Positions 48,277 through 62,022 are shown, counted from the stretch's first letter. The stretch is DNA of 64,000 nucleotides from Monocercomonoides exilis PA203 (GCA_001643675.2 LSRY02000002.1:1364001-1428000), one strand, 5' to 3'. The notes: generated by a model from the sequence alone, not told the origin. Numbers and translations are program-made.

Positions 48277-51200
48277 ATGTCAACGTTATTTAAAGCATTT
48301 TTTGTATGCGGATATCGCAATTTGACTCCTCCAAGACCAGAAATATTATTTGAGTTTGCTTTTTGACACGTTAAAAGAAATGATAAATATTAAATATTTC
48401 ATGCTCTCTTAGCTTTAAAGATCCATTAACAGTTCTTCCGCAAGGAGTTGTTGGATTATGTTTCCCAGAACCCGCTTTGAAAACAAGGAAATACGACAGG
48501 TTAGCCAATATTTTCCTGTCGATTTTTTGAATCATTATCATTCTCAGTACTTTTTTTGCTTTTAATGTTCCCGGAGCTTCTACGTTAGGATATTGTTTCA
48601 GATTCCTTCCTCCTCATTCATCAGCACCAAGATATCCGCTTTGCTTCTGTTTTTTGTCTGATTTGTATGAAAATTCAAATTATCTTGAAATTCTTCAAAA
48701 TAATCCTTAAATTATAAAATAATAATTCCAATAACTAGGGAGTGGCACAACTTGTTTCATACAGCAACCGAACATCTATATTCGTTGTTTGTTTCAAAGC
48801 GAACTCTTCTTTATCCACCATCTGCAACTGAAACTTCATTGCCTCTAAATTTGGGTTCAATATTTTCACCATTTCTTTCAATGATGGTCTGCCTGTTTTA
48901 CGTATTTTATTTCATCTTAACACATATGCAAACGTTTTATTTGCTTAATTCCTTTTATGAAACCAACAATTGCTATTGATTTATTGAATTTTCAGATGAG
49001 CTTACAAGTTCCCGTTCCAAAAAAAAGTGTAGAGCTAGACATTGGAAGTGCTCGAAAAATAACTAGGCCAAAAGGAAGATTTTGCTTTGCAGATTTTGAA
49101 GGATGTGTGATGTGCATGACATCGAACTTAGGCCTCAACGAGATTGTGAGCTGTCTTTCTTGGATGCTCCTTCAACGGTGTGCATAAAGCGAGTTCATTT
49201 CATTCCATCAATCATTTCCTCCATTATATATATAAATATTATTTTTAACAGCTCATTGATTGTCGTGTCAGAAAGTGCTCCTTTCTCATCGTCGATTGTG
49301 TTCGGGCTGCTTTCGTGTCTGTCTCCCTTTCATTGGCCTCACTTTGTGGCTGCTGTTTCTGATGTCGACTGCCTCCGGCGCATCAGCTGCTCATCAGCTG
49401 CTGATCCGCCCTTTGTCTGCGGCGTCACTTCAGAACAGAAAAGCTCACTGCCAGAAAAAGTTTGGTTGATTAACTTATCTTTTAGTTAAATTTTAATTTT
49501 TTTTTGAAATTTACAAAAAATTCAATGATTCGGAATTGTTACGTTTTTTCACCTAATATTATTTCACGAACTTCTCTTTTCCAATCTTTCTTTATATCTT
49601 CTCTTTCTCTCTTTCTCTTTTATCCCCCCCCCCCATTTTCACTCCATAGTTATCAAACGTAATGGTTGTTGATTGCACCGCCACTCCACCAACCATATCC
49701 ATCCACTTAGACGAAGAAGAAAAACCAATCGCTTTAGACAAGGCGCTTTCCTTCACCCAGCCACTCCAAAAATCCGCAGCTGCCGAGCTCCCTCCCACAC
49801 AAGTTGCCGTCTTTTCCCGCCTCCACCCGTTCTGCTCTGTCCACTCGTTCCTCTCTTCTGCGCTCGTCTCCTCAGCCAACCAGCCTCTTCCTTTCAAGCC
49901 ATATGCCTCAGCGTCTTCCCCAGCTGCGTCCTCTTCGCACCAGCACCCGCCATCCATCTGCACCGCCTCTTCGCTTTCTGCCCTGTCTGAGTTCTTCCAG
50001 TCGTCCCCGCCGTCTTCGTTCCTCCTCCTCAGAGACAGACTCTACTTCGTCTTCCTCCACATCCTCTCGTTCTACCCGGCCTTCGCCTCTTCTGCGGGGT
50101 TCGACTACAACCGCTTCCTTGCTGCTTTCTCTCCCTCTGCCCAGTCTGACTTATCTCCGCTTTTTCCCAACCGCCTTGTCTACCCGTTTCTGAAGGCTTT
50201 GTTATTCAAACCAGCAGATTCGCCTTCTTCTTCTCCTTCAGCTTCTCCTTCTTCACAGCCATCCACTGCAAAACCCGCAGTTCGCACCGGAGCCCGGTCA
50301 GAAGCGGGATTTCAGTCGTTGTTGGAGGCAGTGCTGTCGCATCGTTCAGTGATGAGAGGGAACAGACACGTGGTGAAGGATCAGCTGGAGAGAGATGTGG
50401 AGAAGGAGAAGAAGAAAGGCAGAAGCAGCGACGGGAAGGAAATGAGCACAGGGAAGAAAATAGAGAACGCCGTGATGGGGTTCTTCTCGAAGCTGGGGCT
50501 GGTTGATTCGGGTGTGTTGGCTGAGAAGGAATGAAGAGAGAAAGAAAAATTTGATGAATGAATAAAATTTGAGAAATACTATCTCGAGTTCTATCTTTAT
50601 TTATTTATTTATTTATTTTTTTTTTTAATTGAATTTGAAGAATACCTTTTTTTCTGATTTAATTATTGTGTCAATTCTCTATCAATTTTTGTTCCACATA
50701 TCTATTTATTGCATTTATATTACCAGAACCTGCGCCTGCTCCGTCTCTTCCTCCATCTCAACGATCAATGCCCAGACCTCCCATAGGACAGCAGCCTGCT
50801 CCACAGCGCCAGCCAAACGCTGCTGTTCCTTCTTCCTCTTCCTCTGCTTCTAACAGACAGCCAATGAGGCAAGCGCCGCAACCAGGAATGCGTGCTGAGC
50901 CACAAGCTAAGCCAGTTCAGAGCACAAATAGCAGCAACAATGCAGCAGCAGCAGCAGGAGGAGGAGGAAGCGGTGGAGGTTTGTTTTCGATGCTTCAGTG
51001 GGTGCCCACTTCTGAAGATCAAAGGAAACAGGAGCCTTCCACTCACACGCAACATAATGTTGCTTCTTCTTCTTCTTCTTCTTCTTCAACATCTGCTTCA
51101 CAGCCAGCCGCTTCTCGTTTTGAGGGCGAGGCACAAGGAACAAATGAACCATCACAAATGGCTTCAAAGCAGAGTGCAGTGATTGTTAGCGGATCTGATG

Positions 51201-53077
51201 ATGATGATGATGAAGATCTGATCCAGTTCTCATTCACTCAAAAGAACGAGGCTCATCCACAGACACAGACACAGAAGCAAGCTGCTCCTGCAGCTGCTGT
51301 GATCACAAGTGGAGATGATGATGATGATCTTATCCAATTTACTTCTTCTTCTTCTTCTTCTTCGTCGGATTCTTCTTCTTCAACATCTTCTTCTTCTTCA
51401 TCACCTGCAAAGCCATCAGAGCCAATGAATGCTTCTGCCCAGCTATCTGTTTCACCAGCAGAAGATGAGCCTGACTTGATATCATTCGCAACCACATCTT
51501 CAACAACTGCATCATCAGCAACAGCTTCTCCTTCATCAGAACACACACAATCAGCAACAGCTGCTTCACCAGCAGAAAATACAGCAGTGTCTTCTTCTTT
51601 GAACGCAGGCAATGTTGTTAATAATAATAATGACGATGATGAAGACCTTATCAACTTCTCTTTCGCTCCTGCTTCTTCTGCTTCTTCTGCTTCATCACAG
51701 ACAAGTCAAGCTCAGATAAATGCGTTTCCCCAGCAGCAGTCTTCTTCCCCTGCCTCTTCTCCTTCTTCCTCTCCTTCTTCCTCTCCTTCTCCTTCTCCTT
51801 CGTCTTCGCTTGCTTCTCTGCCTTCTCCTCAGAAGGAAGCTACTCCTTCTCAACCAGCCCAGTCGCAGTTCGACTTCGACTTGATTCAATTTGATACGCC
51901 TTCTTCATCTGCAGCAACAGCTGCATCTTCTTCTTCTTCTTCTTTAGCTTCTTTAGCTTCTTCTTCCTCTCCTGCTTCTTCCTCTGCCCAACCTTCTGCC
52001 TCTTCCCGCACATCCTCCACACGCTCTCTTGTTGATGAGCTCTTCGGCTCTGCCTCTTCTCTGCCTGCTTCATCTCCTTCAGATTCACACCTTCCTTCTT
52101 CTTCTTCCTCTTCTTTGTCATCTTCTCCTTCCCCTTCCCCTTCTCCTTCATCTTCTTTGTCTTCATTGACTTCTTTATCTGCCTCTCCTGTTTCTTCTCC
52201 TCATCCATTTGCTGCTCAAACAGAGACAAATTCATTCACAATGCAAACTACACCCGAGAGTCATATAACTACTCCACAAAATACAGGCAATGCTTCTTCT
52301 TCTTCTTCTTCTTCTTCTTCATTTGACTTTGCCTTCTTCAACACATCTTCTGATCCAACTGCTTCTTCTTCAACTACAACTTCTTCAACTTCTTCTTCCT
52401 CTTCTTCTTCTGCTTTTGACTTAGCTGCCTTCTCTTCTCCAGCAGCTAATCCTTCGCCTTCTTCAGTTGCTGAATCGTTTAATCAGTCTTCTTCCACCCC
52501 TCTCTCTTCTCCTCCTCCTTCTGCTTCTCCTTCTGCAGCAGACGATTTTTCTGCGTTCTTTGCTTCTCCTTCTCCTTCTCCCCCTGCCACAAACCAAGTC
52601 AGCAGTAACAGCAATAGCACAGACGCATTCTTTTCATTGCAAATGACCGAACAACAGACTTCTCAGCAATCCATTCAACAACCAGCACAGCAAATGCAAC
52701 AATTCCAGCAATTCCAACAATATCAACAAGTTCAACAAGCTCATCCATCACAGCCATCACAGCCAGCCTCTATTGCTAATGAAGACCCAGCTTTTGCCTT
52801 CTTTTCGATGGCTGGTGCTTCTGCTCCTTCTGCCTCACCTGTGCAGAATACACCTTCATCTGTTCAGGCATCTCCCTTTGCTTCGCCACAGTCAAGCAAT
52901 TCTTCTGTCAATTTGGGCTCTTCTGCAGACTTCTTTTCGACTCCTTCTTCTGTTTCTTCAATTTCTTCTATTTCTTCTTCTGCTTCTGCGTCTACTCCTG
53001 CGATTCAACCTGCTGTGCAAACACAGAGCTCAAAGCCTGCTCCATCCGCTGCAGATGATATATTATCTCTTTTTTAG
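48277..53077 (+). CDS. DENN-domain protein (putative Rab GEF) with long disordered tail bearing clathrin/adaptor-type motifs, multi-exon
   Basis: Spliced 5' exons MSTLFKAFFVCG..PEILFE/..VGLCFPE../FFAFNVPGASTLGYCFRF..PLCFCFLS, then cDENN-like IVSCLSWMLLQR/LIVVS..LSCLSPFHWPH..PPFVCGV and dDENN-like FDYNRFL..YPFLKAL. Intron 50512-50726 joins to the 50666-53077 ORF. Confidence 0.75.
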
Positions 53078-53358
53078 TGTTGATAGAATTGATGTTTAGT
53101 TTGATTTTGCGCTCGCTATACTTTGTTGTGTGTTATTTTCAATCTTTGAATTTTATCTTTAAATAAGTTACTGAGAGATTCTATTGAAATAAGTTTTATT
53201 CTGTGAAAAAATAAATATTGCTTGTTTTCAAAGAAAAATATTCGTTTCGAAGTAATACAACAAACAATGTTATCAAATATCAATCAATTCATGAAAAAAA
53301 AAAATTCTCAATCATATATATTATACGAACGATCACATTAACAAGAAGTATTTCAACG

Positions 53359-54111
53359 ATGCTCTCACTTGTGCTCTTTATTTATTCAGTGCTTGCTCAC
53401 GATGGGTCTATTGTTAATTCTGAACCAAATGCGTTGCGCTATGGGATTGATATTTCTGTATGGCAAAGTACATTTGATGGATCCAAAGCAAAGGCTAATG
53501 GAGTGAAGTTAGTTATGTGCAGAGCTGGATTCGCAACAACCAAAGATAAATGCTGGGACGCATTTACTGCATCTGCGATGAAAAATGGACTTGAACTTGG
53601 TGCATATCATTTTGCCACTTTTCATTTTACTGATGTTTCTCCAGATTATAACGCTGCTCTTGCAAATGCAAAAACTCAGGCAAATTGGTTTTTGAGCGTT
53701 CTGAAAACAGTAAAAATTAATTCATATGTTGCTCTTGATTTTGAAATGCAAAGTGGCCACACCATGAATCTAAATGCAGCTCAAGCAACTGAGTGCATTT
53801 TGGCTTATTTAAACATCATTAAAAATGCAGGATACAAGCCAATTCTATACAGTGGAGCAAGCATGCTGTATTCATCTGTCAATGTTACAAAAATTATGCA
53901 GCAATATCCATTGTGGTGTGCATACTACTTTAAATACGGAACAGCAATGGACTTCCCGATGTGGGATGGCTCGTTCCCAAACACTACTTGGGGTAAAAGG
54001 ATGCAGGCATGGAAGAGCGGTATCAAAATGTGGCAATTTACCTCTGAAGGATATGCTAAAAAATATGGATGTGGAGGAACAAATCTCGATAAAAGCTATT
54101 TGTATTTTTAA
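53359..54111 (+). CDS. secreted GH25 muramidase (lysozyme), intronless, 250 aa
   Basis: Signal peptide MLSLVLFIYSVLA, then YGIDISVWQ, GAYHF, the catalytic ALDFE (DxE), YSG, LWCAYY, MWQFTS and NLDKS. Confidence 0.92.
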   Translation: MLSLVLFIYSVLAHDGSIVNSEPNALRYGIDISVWQSTFDGSKAKANGVKLVMCRAGFATTKDKCWDAFTASAMKNGLELGAYHFATFHFTDVSPDYNAALANAKTQANWFLSVLKTVKINSYVALDFEMQSGHTMNLNAAQATECILAYLNIIKNAGYKPILYSGASMLYSSVNVTKIMQQYPLWCAYYFKYGTAMDFPMWDGSFPNTTWGKRMQAWKSGIKMWQFTSEGYAKKYGCGGTNLDKSYLYF

Positions 54112-54408
54112 CTTGATAAACGGATTCAAGAGCTTTTCTAAGTGAATCTTAGGAAAAGAACATCTGTATAACAGAGTTTCATTCACTAATTTTTTATTGT
54201 CTTTCATATTAGATACTTTCTTTTCATTGAGAAATAAATGTTATTATTGAATTTGAAGAAACACATTTTTTTAATACCTAATAATACATGTTGATATTCG
54301 AATGGTTCAATAAAACGAAATGAATCAAAAAATAATTTATTCAAACACGAAACGGAAATATTTAAAAACAAAAAACAAAAAAAATTCTAAATATCCAAAA
54401 TTCACAAT

Positions 54409-55008
54409 TTAGTTGATTGTAATTTGTCTTCTCTTGGGTTCTGCCTTTGGTTGTGGCTTTTCTTTTGGACAAATGATCTCAAGGACACCATCAGCTGCCT
54501 TTGCGCTGCATTCGCTCATTTTTGATTTGCATTCAGGTGGAAGTCTGAAGGATCTTGTAAATGATCCATAGCTACGTTCTGAATAATGATATTTTCCTTT
54601 GTCAGTTTCTTTTTCTTCCTTTTTCTCATTCTTTCTTTCTCCTGAAAGTGTGATGATATTTGATTCTTCATCATAATCAATGTTGATGTTTTCTTTGGAC
54701 ATTCCTGGCACCTCAGCAGATATAACAACTTCATTTTCAGTTTCATGCATATCACATCGTGGAATCCAGCTCTTGAAACGCTTCATTGGAGCAATTTGTG
54801 AATCCTTTTCTCTTTTCTGAATTGCTGATGGCTCACCTGAAGAACTTGGTTCTTCTTTTTCCTGTTCGCATTCCTCAGGAACATGTGTATCAAATAGATC
54901 CATTGCACGTCTCCTCAATTCGTTGTAATCTTCCCAAGGATCTTGAAGAGTAATGAATGGAGATGAAAAAAGAGAGTCTAAATCACGACGAAGATTCCAG
55001 AATGCCAT
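54409..55008 (-). CDS. small heat-shock protein (HSP20 / alpha-crystallin domain), intronless
   Basis: PRCDMHET..ISAEVPG..ITLSGER..ERSYGSFTRSFRLP..DGVLEIICPK, with a C-terminal ITI (IxI) motif. Confidence 0.95.
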   Translation of the reverse strand: MAFWNLRRDLDSLFSSPFITLQDPWEDYNELRRRAMDLFDTHVPEECEQEKEEPSSSGEPSAIQKREKDSQIAPMKRFKSWIPRCDMHETENEVVISAEVPGMSKENINIDYDEESNIITLSGERKNEKKEEKETDKGKYHYSERSYGSFTRSFRLPPECKSKMSECSAKAADGVLEIICPKEKPQPKAEPKRRQITIN

Positions 55009-55778
55009 TTTTATATAATCTTTTGATAACTTTTAAAAAATATAAATAATAATCTACAACGATTTCGATGAACCTTCGCAAGCTTTTATACTTCCTGCTG
55101 ATGTCAAATATACAAATTACGTATATCTTATTTTCCTTTTTCTTTCGAACAGATTCATAAGCAATGTTCGGAATGTCCTTCTTTTTCTTAAATAATAAAC
55201 AGAAATATAGGATAAATTTATTTTACTTCGATTTGTGCATTTAATTGCGAGAAAATGGAAAAATTTCGGAATGGATGAAATAGGAAGTGTTCAACCCATA
55301 GAAATTTAACCATAATGAGCCAATAGAAGTGATACGCAAACATGATTAAGTGCATTATCTTTCATCTGAATACTTATATATTTTTTTAGAAAACAAGAAA
55401 TACTGATTTCTTTTAGTAACGGATTGTGAAAAGTGAAAAAAAAGGAAAAAATTAAAGTTGCATAATAAAAAGAATCAATATGAAAATTCAAATTGAACAC
55501 TTCAAAAATGAAAAACATATTGATTTTGTTTGTTTTTTTTTATCCCAAAGCACTGTTATAAAACTCTCACTAACATTCAAATTGAAAGTTAGAACAAAAA
55601 TATTATTCATAGTTTTCAAAAATGAAATAATCAATTTATAAAGATTTGTTTATTTCATGATGAAAATAAAACATGAATTTTCGGCCATATTAAGCATCAG
55701 TCCAAAAGAAGTTCAAAATAAATGAATCAGAATTATTTGTTATTGTGAACCATTACAAAATCTGTTTCTGTTTTTCAA

Positions 55779-58700
55779 ATGGATAGTCCAAAAAATGATT
55801 CAGAAGAGAATACGACAGATATGAACAATCAGAAATCGTTGGAAAGTATTCGTTTGAATGGTATTGGAATTACAATTTTATGCATATTTTATTCTTTTCG
55901 ATGCCCTGTTCTTTTTGTCAATATTTGCAATAAATGTGAATTTTTTGCGCTTTTACGGGATACATCTTAATGCATTGATTTCTTTTAGATAAAGGCGAAA
56001 ATTTCGAAGACAACATTGAGCAAATAAGAGAAGAGAATGAGAATCAAGTTGAAACTGAGATCATGAAAGAATCAATTGACGATGGTGTGAACAATATTGA
56101 TCAGAAAAACAAAATTTCAAAGTCATTTTAATCTTTTTCAATTTTCATAGAAAAACAAGATAGCCAATCAATAGACAAAGAAGAAGAAGAAGCTTCAATT
56201 GACGATAATTCAAAATCAAAAATTGATATTTCACCAGCAAAAGTTCAAGAACCAGAAACAATGAAAATGGAGAATTTAAAAGAAATCGGAGAAAAGGAAA
56301 AAGAAGATGCATTTGAAAGCGAATTCATCGACGCTATTAACAAAGAAAATGGAGAAAAAGATGAAAAGAAGAAGGCTAAAGATGATGAGTTACATAACGT
56401 TAAAGATACGGAAGCAAAAGATGGCGTGGAGAAGGAAGGGAAAGGTGAAAATAAGTTTAACAGCGAGAACAGTGAGAAAGAAAAACAAGAGAAAGACAAA
56501 TATGAAGAAAAAATAGACATAGAGGAAAATCATACCTCAGAAGACACGCAGAAATCTGTGGATGAGAGTGAATCTATTAGCACTATCGAATCGAATGATC
56601 CTAACAACAATAATAATCAAACAGACGAAGAACAAAAAACAACATCGAAAGAGGAACAACCGATAGAAACTGAAGACTTTGAAGCAAAGCAAAAAAAAAA
56701 AGAAGACGAAAAGAACAATGAAAAAGGAAATGAAGAAAATAATAAAAAAGAGTCCTCAAGTGATTGTGAAGACGAGCACCTGGACACAGAGAAAAAAGAA
56801 GAAGATGAAAAAAAAGAGGATGAAGATTTTGAAGATGAGCAAAAGAGCCAACAGCAGTTGAAGGGTTCCTTGAAAGAAGATGAAGGCGACGCTAAAACTA
56901 CAGAAAGTTCTTCTTTGCATAATTCTAAAGATGATGAAACATCACAAAAAATTTTGAATAACAAAAATGATGAAGGAGGCATTGAAAACAATGATGATCA
57001 AATAGAAGAGGAAGGGAAAAGTGAATTGGTTGAAGAACCTCTGACCAAGAATCAAAAAGAAGAAAGCATTAAGGATATCGAAAAAGAAGCTGAAGCTGAA
57101 GCTGAAGAAGAAGAAGAAGAAGAGATTAAAGTAGAAGAGAATGAAAAAGAAAGTGTCAGCGTAGAAGACGAAAACAAAGAAGACAACGAAGTTCATCAAC
57201 AATCTCACAACACAGAGGATATACAAGCAGAAGAAGAGCCAAAGCCAACATCAACAGACCAGTCTTCTGCTTCATCACCAGATTCACCCACTTCGTCTCC
57301 TTCCGCAGACGAAAGCGAGCAGCTCTCCAGCTCATCAAAGACAATTGAGGATCCACAAAAAGACGAAGATAACAGCAACTCACTTACCATTCCTATCTCT
57401 CCTTCTCTTTCTCAGTCAGAAAGCAGGAAGGACATCCTTTCAGTCGCCAAAGAACACGCAGGAGACATCGAAGAAGACACTTTTCGATCCGATGAGCCGG
57501 AAAACAAATCGGTTGAAGATGAAAAGGAAACTTCTGATGAACAGGAACATTCACCTTCACCTTCACCAGGTTCCGATAGCTCTGCTGAAGGAAATGCAGA
57601 TGCTGTAAGTGAGGAAGACGCAGGAACTCAACGTCCGTTTGAGGTCTCCTCTCATTTTCTGTCTCCTTCATTCAATCCAAATTTGAAAGCAATTCGCTCA
57701 ATGAACACAATCAGCAGTACGCCATCAGAAGCAGACGAAGAAAGCGACAGCAAAGAAGAAAGAGCAGAGGAAGATTCAGGCGCCACACCAGCTGATTCTT
57801 CTGCTTCAAACGCCTCTTCCTCTCATTCATCTGCTGAAGCCGAGGGCGATGCAACCGACGAGGAATCTCCATCCGCATTCACCAGCTCTTCGCTCATCTC
57901 TCACAACTATCAGTCGCCGTTTCCTGTGCACAAGCAGCGCTCTCCTGTTTTGCGTTTTGAGAGCCCCGCTGCAGCACGCGAGGCGCACCACACGCGCGTC
58001 AGCACGATCGACGAAGAAGACGAAGTGGAGAGGGAAAGGACCCCAGACGACAAGAACAGCGAACAGAAGTCAGAGGACGATGAGAGGGAGACAGGAGAGG
58101 AAGGAAGCGAGGAAGAACCTGTTACTAAAGAAGAACAAAAGGACGAAACAGAAGCAAAAGAAACACTACAAAGCAGTGAAACCCCACTATCCGAATCTTC
58201 TTCATCCGATTCATTGCCTCTTTCATCGTCCCCTGCACATTTGTCCCCCTCGGCCTCTTCTTCTCCGCCAAATGTAGCATCTTCTTCACCTTCTTCTCTT
58301 TCGCTTCCTCGACTTCAGTCGTCTTTGCCATCACTTACGCTGGAAGAATACGAACAGCGGGTGGAGGAGCTGATGGAAGAGCTGCGCAAAACAAGAGAGG
58401 AGAAGAAGCCTGAAAGGGAAAGTGACAGAGAAGAAGACGAAGAAAGACGTTCCGATAATAAAAGGAGCAAAGGCACAGACAATTCCCCGATGAATTCAAG
58501 GAGCAGCAGAAGAGATGAAAGTGGCAGAAACGAAGACGAAGGTGAAGAGCAAGCGTCTGACGCATTCAACTCTGTTTGGGTGCAGAGAAACGAGAAATAC
58601 TCAGACACAACAAACACTGCTGAGGCTGACAGAGACGCAGCAGAGCAGAGAAAGAAGGAAGACAAAGAAACACTTTCAGCACTACTTGCTTCTCAGTCAG

Positions 58701-60853
58701 ATTTCTCATTGCGCGCATCAGCAAACTCATCCACAGCTCTTTCCCAGCTGCTCACAACAACCTCTTCTTTTTCACCAGTCTCTCCGTCTGGGACATACAC
58801 AATCGGAGCAGACAGAACTGTGTCTGTCACTGCGCCTCTGAGCACACCAGACTCGCTGCCCCGCTCGTCGCAGCTGTTGATGGCACGCTCATCAACAGTG
58901 GCTGTTCCACGCTATTCTCCCCCGCTCTCCTGCCCTTCACCAACGCTCTCATCACTGCCGAATGCTTCTTCTTCTTCTTCTTCTTCAAGCACCCTTCGCA
59001 ATTCTAACACATCGCCACCTTCTTCATCAGCACCAACATCCTCCCCTTCATCATCATCATCATCTTATCCAGAGGCTGGGCAGCTTTATTCTCCCCATTC
59101 AGCAGCTTCTTCGCCAACCGCCTTCGCTTCAAATGCCATTTCGCCGCATGTTCTCAATCAGATGCGGCAGGAAATGGCGATTATGCAGCAGAAGATGGCA
59201 GACTTGGGAGAATCTGAGAGCTGGTGGCGAAGAGAAGCAGAGAAGAAAGAGGAGATGGAGAAGAAGTGGAAGGAGGAAAGGAACAGGGCAGTGGAGAAAG
59301 TGGAGATGGCTGAGCGGGAAGTGAAGCGGATGAAAGAAGAGGTTGATGATCTGAAGGCAGCAGCAAAGAGAGAAGAAATGAAAGTGTGGGAGATGGAAGA
59401 AGAGGCAGACAGAAGAGAAAGAGACTATCAGATGGAGAAGAGAGAGAAAGAGAAGCAGTGGAGAGATGCAGCCAAGAAAATGGAGTGGGAAAAAGAAGAT
59501 CTGGAGAAGGAGCTGAAGGAAGTTGAGGATGAGATGGAGAAGCAGAGGAGGGCGCGGGACAAAGACCGGGAAATGTTTGAGGAGATGCGGATGCGGATGG
59601 TGGAGCAGCTGCGAGAGGAAGAGCGGAAGAAACAGCGGGCAGCAGAAGACTTGGCAGACGAAGAGGACAAGAACGACGAGTTGGAGCAGATCAATGCGCA
59701 GCTGGAGAAGAAGTCCAGCGAACTGGAGAGCCGACTGCGGGAGGCAGCGAGGAGAGAAGAGCGGCTGAAGGATGTGATTGCACAGCGCGAGAAGGAGATC
59801 GACGATGCGGAGCAGGAAATCAGAGAAAACCGGAGGCAGCTGGAGATGAGCGATGCAGAGAGGGGGAGGCTGGAGATGCGGCTGGACGATCTGGAGAGGG
59901 AGCGAGACGCAGCTGAGCGTGATGGGGAGGAGATGCGGATGAAGTTTGCAGAAGCCGAAAGGATCTGGGCGCGCGAGAGAGACCAGATGAGCCGGCAGAT
60001 GGAGCAGATGCGCAGAGACCTGATCTGCCTGAGAGAGCAGGCAGAAGCCGAACTGTCATTTCCTTTGTCTGAACAGCGGTCGGCGTATCCGTCGGGCTTT
60101 ATGCAGGCGCCTTCGCCAGTTTCTCCTCTCTACTCACACAACCAATCTTCTTCTTCTCCCTCTAACTCCTCTTCCTCCTCCCCCTCCTCCTCTCCTTCTG
60201 CTGCTTCTTTGAGCACATCTGAATCTCGCAACCGCCGCTCTGCTTTTGCTGCCACTCCACTTGATTCGCCTGCTGTTTACTCGCGTAATTCATCGCCTTC
60301 TCAGTCTCCTCTGCACTTCAGTTCTCAGCTTCGCTCGCCTCCTTCTTCTTCCACTGGCTCGCCTGCCTCGTTCTCTTCGCTCTCGTCTGGCTACCAAAAA
60401 CAGTCGAAGCCCAGCGCATCTCGCTCGTTCTACACATCCACATCGTCACCTTCGTCTCCTTATTATCCGTCTCCTGTTATCCGCCCACCTGTCTCGCTCA
60501 TCCCTCAGCAAGAAAAGCAGATGGCGCCTTCTCTCTCTCATCAGCGCACGAGTCAGCAGCAGCAGCAGCAACAACATCAACAACAACAAGCACTCCAGAT
60601 GCGTCGTGAATATCAATCTCGTTCATCACCACAGTCATTGACTGAGCTTTCTCCACCAGAGCTGAGCCGTCTATTGAGCGAGAAGCAAGTTGAGCGGGAC
60701 CGGATCGAATCGGCGCTGCGTCGAATTCCTCTGACATCGTCATTTCAAGCGATAAATAGAAGGAAACACAACGAATTGACACAGGAAAGCGAAAGAATAG
60801 AAAAAGAAATCAATGAGATAAAGAGACAGATGCGATTAAATGGAATGAGATGA
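55779..60853 (+). CDS. large acidic/Ser-rich coiled-coil protein with MPHOSPH9-like C-terminal domain
   Basis: Two short 5' exons from ATG 55779 splice into the 1530-aa ORF. It has a long E/R/K coiled coil (~59160-60050). The C-terminus LSEKQVERDRIESALRRIP..ERIEKEINEIKRQMR resembles the MPHOSPH9 C-terminus (from memory). Confidence 0.65.
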
Positions 60854-62022
60854 TACAACAGATTAAATGTTGATGTTGTGAACAAATCCTTTATTTTGCA
60901 AATTTTAGCAACATGTTTGTTTTTATGTTTGTATTTATAGTAAAAATTTTGTTTCCTCATTTGAAAATTTTTAACTTTTGTTGAAAAATTTTGAATTTTT
61001 GATAATACTAATACAAATTCATCATCCATGAAGCGTATCTTCTCAAAAAAAAAACTGTTTTCTTTTGAATAAGCGATAATGTATTTTTGAAGCATCGATT
61101 AATTGTTTGCTCCAATTATATATATATTTCATTATTTCGAAATACCGAAATGAATTTTTCTTTCAGTTTTACAATATCCTCTGAATGCAGTATCAAACTT
61201 CATTAAAACTTCAACAGAAATAAAAAGTTTCTATCTATCTATCTATTTATCTATCTTTCCCTTCTTCTATTTTTCCTTCTCCTCTCTCGCTTCCTCTTCT
61301 TTATTTTTATTGCAGGCTCAACCTTTTCGCAATCTTCATCTTCTTCTTCTTTAATTTTCCGTATCTTATTTTCAAAAATAAAATAAATGTGAGTGATCTT
61401 TCTGAATCAAAATAACGTCATGGCTTTTTAAATAAAAATTTGTTTTAATGAAATATCAGAACGAATGTACAAAATGCATCAATTCATCTTTCTCTCTCAA
61501 ATAATCCTGAAGTTTCGATTAAAACATTCCACAATTTGCAGTGAATCATTTTCAGTTTTAAAAAGTCAGGATAAACCTTGACATCTGAAAAATAAGGCAA
61601 TTTCGAAACATTATGGACTTGTTGTATTCGCTGATTTCATTAATTTCTAATTTTTGATAGAAATCAATAGCATTTTTTCATGAAATTAAATATAAATTGC
61701 ATTAAAAATAACACTTTATCGTTAGCGACGAACTTCGATTTCAAATATTTATGCAAAGTCCAATAAAAATATTTAGTTCAATCTATTTATTTATGGTTGC
61801 ATCATCAACATTTTCAAACAAATATAATATAATTCAAAATGAGATGATTAAGAAGATATAATATTTAAAAAAATTACACAAATATGATTTATTGTTCGAA
61901 GTCCCTTAATTTAAATATATGATTTGTGAGCAAATTCGACAGATTTCTGTTAATCAAATGGAATGTGATATAAATCTCAGAATTTGAAAAAACTCTATTT
62001 TTTAAAAATTGCAAATTTTTAA

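Noticed and set aside
53218-53358. N-terminal extension of the GH25 ORF from the ORF track
   Set aside because: It starts at TTG in AT-rich DNA. The ATG at 53359 gives a proper signal peptide.
55010-55300. Heat-shock elements upstream of HSP20
   Set aside because: Only isolated GAAnnTTC half-arrays (e.g. ~55070) are present, with no clean triple nGAAn array. This is not distinguishable from AT-rich background.
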